DNA of 10,245 bases, taken from an uncultured Gammaproteobacteria bacterium. Its GTDB lineage: Bacteria > Pseudomonadota > Gammaproteobacteria > UBA9214. Positions 7,302 to 10,245 of this stretch are shown piece by piece; position 1 is the stretch's first letter, and each line of letters opens with the position of its first letter. The stretch spans positions 1-10,245 of the forward strand of contig CAWHCQ010000047.1 in assembly GCA_963827755.1 (NCBI GenBank), read 5' to 3'. A model generated the notes under the pieces. It was given only the letters and a program-made list of their open reading frames with translations, did no database searches and was not told where the DNA came from. A program made the translations under genes and the position numbers.

Positions 7302-7928
7302 TTACTTGCGCTCCTTTTCAATAAGATAGTTCATCACCCTGATAACTTCCTGATTGCCGCCGGCCATGCCCACACCGGTACTGTACTTGCCATTCACGAT
7401 GATCGCCGGCACCCCGGTTATCGCATAACGTCGCGACATCTGCCGGGCATTGTTGACTTTCACATTCACAGCAAAGGAGTTGAAGGTATTTTTGAACGCG
7501 GCGGCAGTGACACCATGGGCAACAAAAAAGTCCTGCAGTGCCGCCTCATCGGTGATTGTCCGTTTTTCCCTGTGCAGCGCATCAAACAGGGCGATGTGTG
7601 TCTTGTCGACAACGTCGAGCAATTCCGCCGTGTAGTAGGCCTTCGCCATAAATTCCCAGCGCTTCGAGACAATTGCCGGCATGCGCACGAATTCGACATC
7701 ATCCGGCTTGCTGGCCAGCCATTCATTCAGGTAGGGCTCAAGATGATAACAGTGCGGACATCCGTACCAGAATAATTCCACCACCTCGATCCTGTCGCCG
7801 CTGGAGGTCGGCTGCGGGCTGGACAGCTGTCTAAAATCCTGGCCTTGTGTATAGGCTTCTGCACAGGCTGTCAGCGAAACGAGCATCGGCAGCAACAGGG
7901 CAAAGATCCATCTTGATACAGTCTTCAT
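7302..7928 (-). CDS. dsbA: Thiol:disulfide interchange protein DsbA
   Basis: Signal peptide, EVVELFWYGCPHCY active site, GVP cis-Pro loop followed by IVNGKY; SD GGAG at 7940-7937. Confidence 0.95.
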   Translation of the reverse strand: MKTVSRWIFALLLPMLVSLTACAEAYTQGQDFRQLSSPQPTSSGDRIEVVELFWYGCPHCYHLEPYLNEWLASKPDDVEFVRMPAIVSKRWEFMAKAYYTAELLDVVDKTHIALFDALHREKRTITDEAALQDFFVAHGVTAAAFKNTFNSFAVNVKVNNARQMSRRYAITGVPAIIVNGKYSTGVGMAGGNQEVIRVMNYLIEKERK

Positions 7929-8079
7929 AAAAACAGCTCCACTTTTAAGAGTTCACCAACGGTGATCCAGGGTTCTGACAAGCAATCAGGGCGCAGGTTG
8001 CATTCGGATCGTGGAAACGTTCCCTGCCCGGGCCGCGAGATGGCCGGCGGGCAGCGAAGAAGACAACCGTCAGCTACGC

Positions 8080-8101
8080 AAAAACCCGGCGGAATCCGGG
8101 T
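8080..8101 (-). terminator. Probable intrinsic terminator downstream of cytochrome c4
   Basis: The minus strand reads ACCCGG-ATTCCG-CCGGGT-TTTT about 22 nt after the c4 stop codon. Confidence 0.6.
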
Positions 8102-8123
8102 CACACAGGCCGGGGCACGCTGT

Positions 8124-8735
8124 TCAGTGCAGCCCCTGAATGTAACTGGCGACGGCCTTGATCTCCCGGTTGGTCATACGCGAGGCAAGGATCTGCATCA
8201 TCTTCTTGGCATTTTCGTTTACCCGCTTGCCCTCGGCAAAACCATGCAACTGGTTTTCCACATACCTGGCATGCTGACCACGCAATGCAGGGTAGAGCGC
8301 GGCGGGGTTGCCCGCACCACTTGGCCCATGACAGCCCATGCAGGGCGCCACGCCACTGACGTCGTTGCCGCTGCGATAGATCTGCTCGCCCAGTTCCACC
8401 AGCTCGGGGTCGGCCATACCCGTCTTGACCTTCTGGCTGGCATAGTAGGCCGCGACATCTTCACGTCCCTGTTCATCGAGTACATTTGCCATCGGTTTCA
8501 TGGTGGCATTTTCCCGCTCGCCATCCTCGAAATAATACAGTTGCTTCACCAGGTAGCCTTCATGCTGCCCGGCCAGCTTGGGCCATTCCGGATTGAGGCT
8601 GTTGCCATCCGCGCCATGACAGGCCGCACACTGCTCCGCCTTCGACTTGCCGGCCAGCGGATCACCCGCGGCCCGGGCCTGGCCCATGCCGACAGCGATG
8701 AGCAATGTGGTTGAGATAATTAGCCAGTTCTTCAT
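8124..8735 (-). CDS. Diheme cytochrome c4 (c553-type), 203 aa precursor
   Basis: ATG 8735 with SD GGAG (8749-8746); signal peptide MKNWLII...ARA; two CxxCH motifs (CAACH, CMGCH); WPKLAGQH/YPALRGQH; Met-containing distal-ligand segments. Divergent from engB, as is typical. Confidence 0.95.
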   Translation of the reverse strand: MKNWLIISTTLLIAVGMGQARAAGDPLAGKSKAEQCAACHGADGNSLNPEWPKLAGQHEGYLVKQLYYFEDGERENATMKPMANVLDEQGREDVAAYYASQKVKTGMADPELVELGEQIYRSGNDVSGVAPCMGCHGPSGAGNPAALYPALRGQHARYVENQLHGFAEGKRVNENAKKMMQILASRMTNREIKAVASYIQGLH

Positions 8736-8911
8736 TTCAATGCTGCTCCGGTAGCGCCCTGCCAACATTCCGGCGGGCTGGACAAAGTCTCGGTAAAAAT
8801 ACGCGCCTGCGTGGCGGCGAAAAAGGGCTCTTTTTATACCTGCCTGAGCGCAAGGGGTCAACTGAACAATCTGCGCCAGGCCACTTTCAAACAGACGCCG
8901 GGTCGCGTTTA

Positions 8912-9568
8912 ATGCACACCCCGGCCATGAACAACCATTATCAACAGACCCGTTTTATTCTCGGCACGCCCGATGCACGCCATGCGCCGGCGGATAGCGG
9001 CGCAGAGGTGGCCTTTGCCGGCCGCTCCAATGCCGGAAAATCCAGTGCACTCAACGTGATAACCGGGCAAAGGTCCCTGGCACGCATCAGCAAGGCCCCG
9101 GGGCGTACCCGCGAAATCAATTTTTTCGAGGTGCGCGACCAGCTGAGACTGGTCGACCTGCCCGGCTATGGTTACGCCAAGGTTTCCAGGACAATGAAAA
9201 TCCAGTGGCAACGCCATATCGCCCGCTACCTGGAAACCCGCCGGTCGCTCTGCGGCGTCATCCTGTTAATGGATATTCGCCACCCCTTCAAGGACACCGA
9301 CCGGCAAGTGCTCAGCTGGTGCCATGCGGCCGGATTACCGACCCATGTCCTGCTCACCAAGGCCGACAAGCTGAAACGCGGACCTGCCAGGGCCACCCTG
9401 ATGAAGGTTCGCAAGCAACTCCCCGAATGGCATGCCCAGGCCAGCGTACAACTGTTCTCTGCGCACAACCGCGAGGGCTGCGAACAGGTCCGGCAGGTGC
9501 TGGACCAGTGGCTGGGATTGGCGGACGAGCCGGCCCGGGCCACCCCGGGCATCGCGAAGGATCCTTGA
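8912..9568 (+). CDS. engB: Ribosome biogenesis GTP-binding protein YihA/YsxC/EngB (alternative start 8927)
   Basis: G1 GRSNAGKSS, G2 PGRT, G3 DLPGYG, G4 TKADK. Confidence 0.97.
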   Translation: MHTPAMNNHYQQTRFILGTPDARHAPADSGAEVAFAGRSNAGKSSALNVITGQRSLARISKAPGRTREINFFEVRDQLRLVDLPGYGYAKVSRTMKIQWQRHIARYLETRRSLCGVILLMDIRHPFKDTDRQVLSWCHAAGLPTHVLLTKADKLKRGPARATLMKVRKQLPEWHAQASVQLFSAHNREGCEQVRQVLDQWLGLADEPARATPGIAKDP

Positions 9569-9680
9569 CCGGGGCCGGCTATGAATGTCTTTTTCACTTT
9601 TCATGGAATTAAAGGCATATCACAGCAATAAGTTGTATTTAACAACATTTTGCCGTCAATTCGATTCACTTCACGGGTAT

Positions 9681-9718
9681 AAAAAAGCCCCGGCAACAGG
9701 GAAAAAATGCCGGGGCTT
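9681..9718 (-). terminator. Rho-independent terminator for the candidate sRNA and/or polA
   Basis: The minus strand reads GCCCCGGCA (9716-9708), 12-nt loop, TGCCGGGGC (9695-9687), TTTTTT (9686-9681). Confidence 0.88.
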
Positions 9719-9792
9719 AAAAACCCGACTCCGAAGAATCGGTCTGGAGGGTGTCCCACTCAGGGAGGGGGAATGGGACCAGATCCTCCGTA
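9681..9792 (-). ncRNA. Candidate ~110-nt three-stem-loop small regulatory RNA downstream of polA
   Basis: Has its own promoter-like motif, SL1 with loop CCCCUCCCU, SL2 with a cUUCGg tetraloop, a U5 linker and a terminator. Occupies the same position as Spot 42, ErsA and sX13. The 5' end is estimated from promoter spacing. Confidence 0.7.
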
Positions 9793-9797
9793 AATCC

Positions 9798-9825
9798 TGT
9801 GACCGCTTTGCCTGCTGAAGGTTCC
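9798..9825 (-). promoter_or_regulatory. Putative sigmaE (RpoE/AlgU)-type promoter
   Basis: The minus strand reads G-GAACCT (9824-9819), N16, TCACA (9802-9798), against the consensus GAACTT-N16/17-TCnnA. Confidence 0.6.
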
Positions 9826-9839
9826 GCCACGCGGCGCAA

Positions 9840-10245
9840 CTAATGAGCCTCGTCCCAGTTTACGCCGCTGCCGATATCGACCACCAGCGGCACCTTGAGA
9901 TCGGCCGCCGCGCACATATGCGTGGTAATCGGCGCCCGGGCAGCCTCGAGGTCGGCGTCAGCCACCTCGAACACCAGCTCGTCGTGGACCTGCATGATCA
10001 TGGTGATGTCGAGGCCGGTGTTCGAGCCAAGCCACGCATGCAGGTCGATCATGGCGTGCTTGATGATGTCGGCCGCCGTGCCCTGCATCGGTGCATTGAT
10101 CGCGGTACGCTCGGCCGCGGCCCGGCGCTGGCCATTTTTTGATTTGATTTCAGGCAAATACAGGCGCCTGCCGAAGACGGTCTCGACGTAGCCCTGCGCG
10201 CGAGCCTGTTCGCGAGTGGCCTCCATGTAGCTTTGCACCCCCGGA
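9840..10245 (-). CDS. polA: DNA polymerase I, C-terminal end (partial; begins beyond the window)
   Basis: [46 protein letters not shown] (motif C), [17 protein letters not shown] followed by stop. Confidence 0.98.
   Translation of the reverse strand, partial: PGVQSYMEATREQARAQGYVETVFGRRLYLPEIKSKNGQRRAAAERTAINAPMQGTAADIIKHAMIDLHAWLGSNTGLDITMIMQVHDELVFEVADADLEAARAPITTHMCAAADLKVPLVVDIGSGVNWDEAH

Noticed and set aside
7962-8714. 250-aa plus-strand ORF
   Set aside because: Antisense to the clear cytochrome c4 gene; no recognisable features.
8736-8861. Upstream extension of the cytochrome c4 ORF
   Set aside because: The signal peptide and SD identify ATG 8735 as the start; the extension covers the divergent promoter region.
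9585-9818. 77-aa ORF in the engB-polA gap
   Set aside because: No SD or coding bias, and it runs antisense through the terminator and structured RNA candidate.
1-10245. CRISPR arrays, tRNA/rRNA genes, IS elements or integrases
   Set aside because: No regularly spaced repeats, cloverleaf or rRNA signatures, terminal inverted repeats or recombinase motifs were seen.

Overview
GC-rich, probably gammaproteobacterial chromosomal window. Left: the frameshifted 5' part of a membrane-anchored, sensor-like gene (minus strand, running off the window), divergent from a GDCCVxC Cys-rich protein coupled to a YHS/HMBD-type Cu(I)/Ag(I) P1B-ATPase. Middle: a small orphan membrane protein and a tightly coupled four-gene operon (DUF1538 x2, non-canonical P-II, CBS pair) that looks like an uncharacterised, nucleotide-regulated membrane transport system. 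Right: the conserved block polA (3' end), engB/yihA, cytochrome c4, dsbA and an EEP-family hydrolase. The polA-engB gap holds a strong candidate for an unannotated ~110-nt three-hairpin sRNA with a sigmaE-like promoter, a C-rich anti-SD loop, a cUUCGg hairpin and an intrinsic terminator. Family assignments come from motif recognition by eye; no searches were run.
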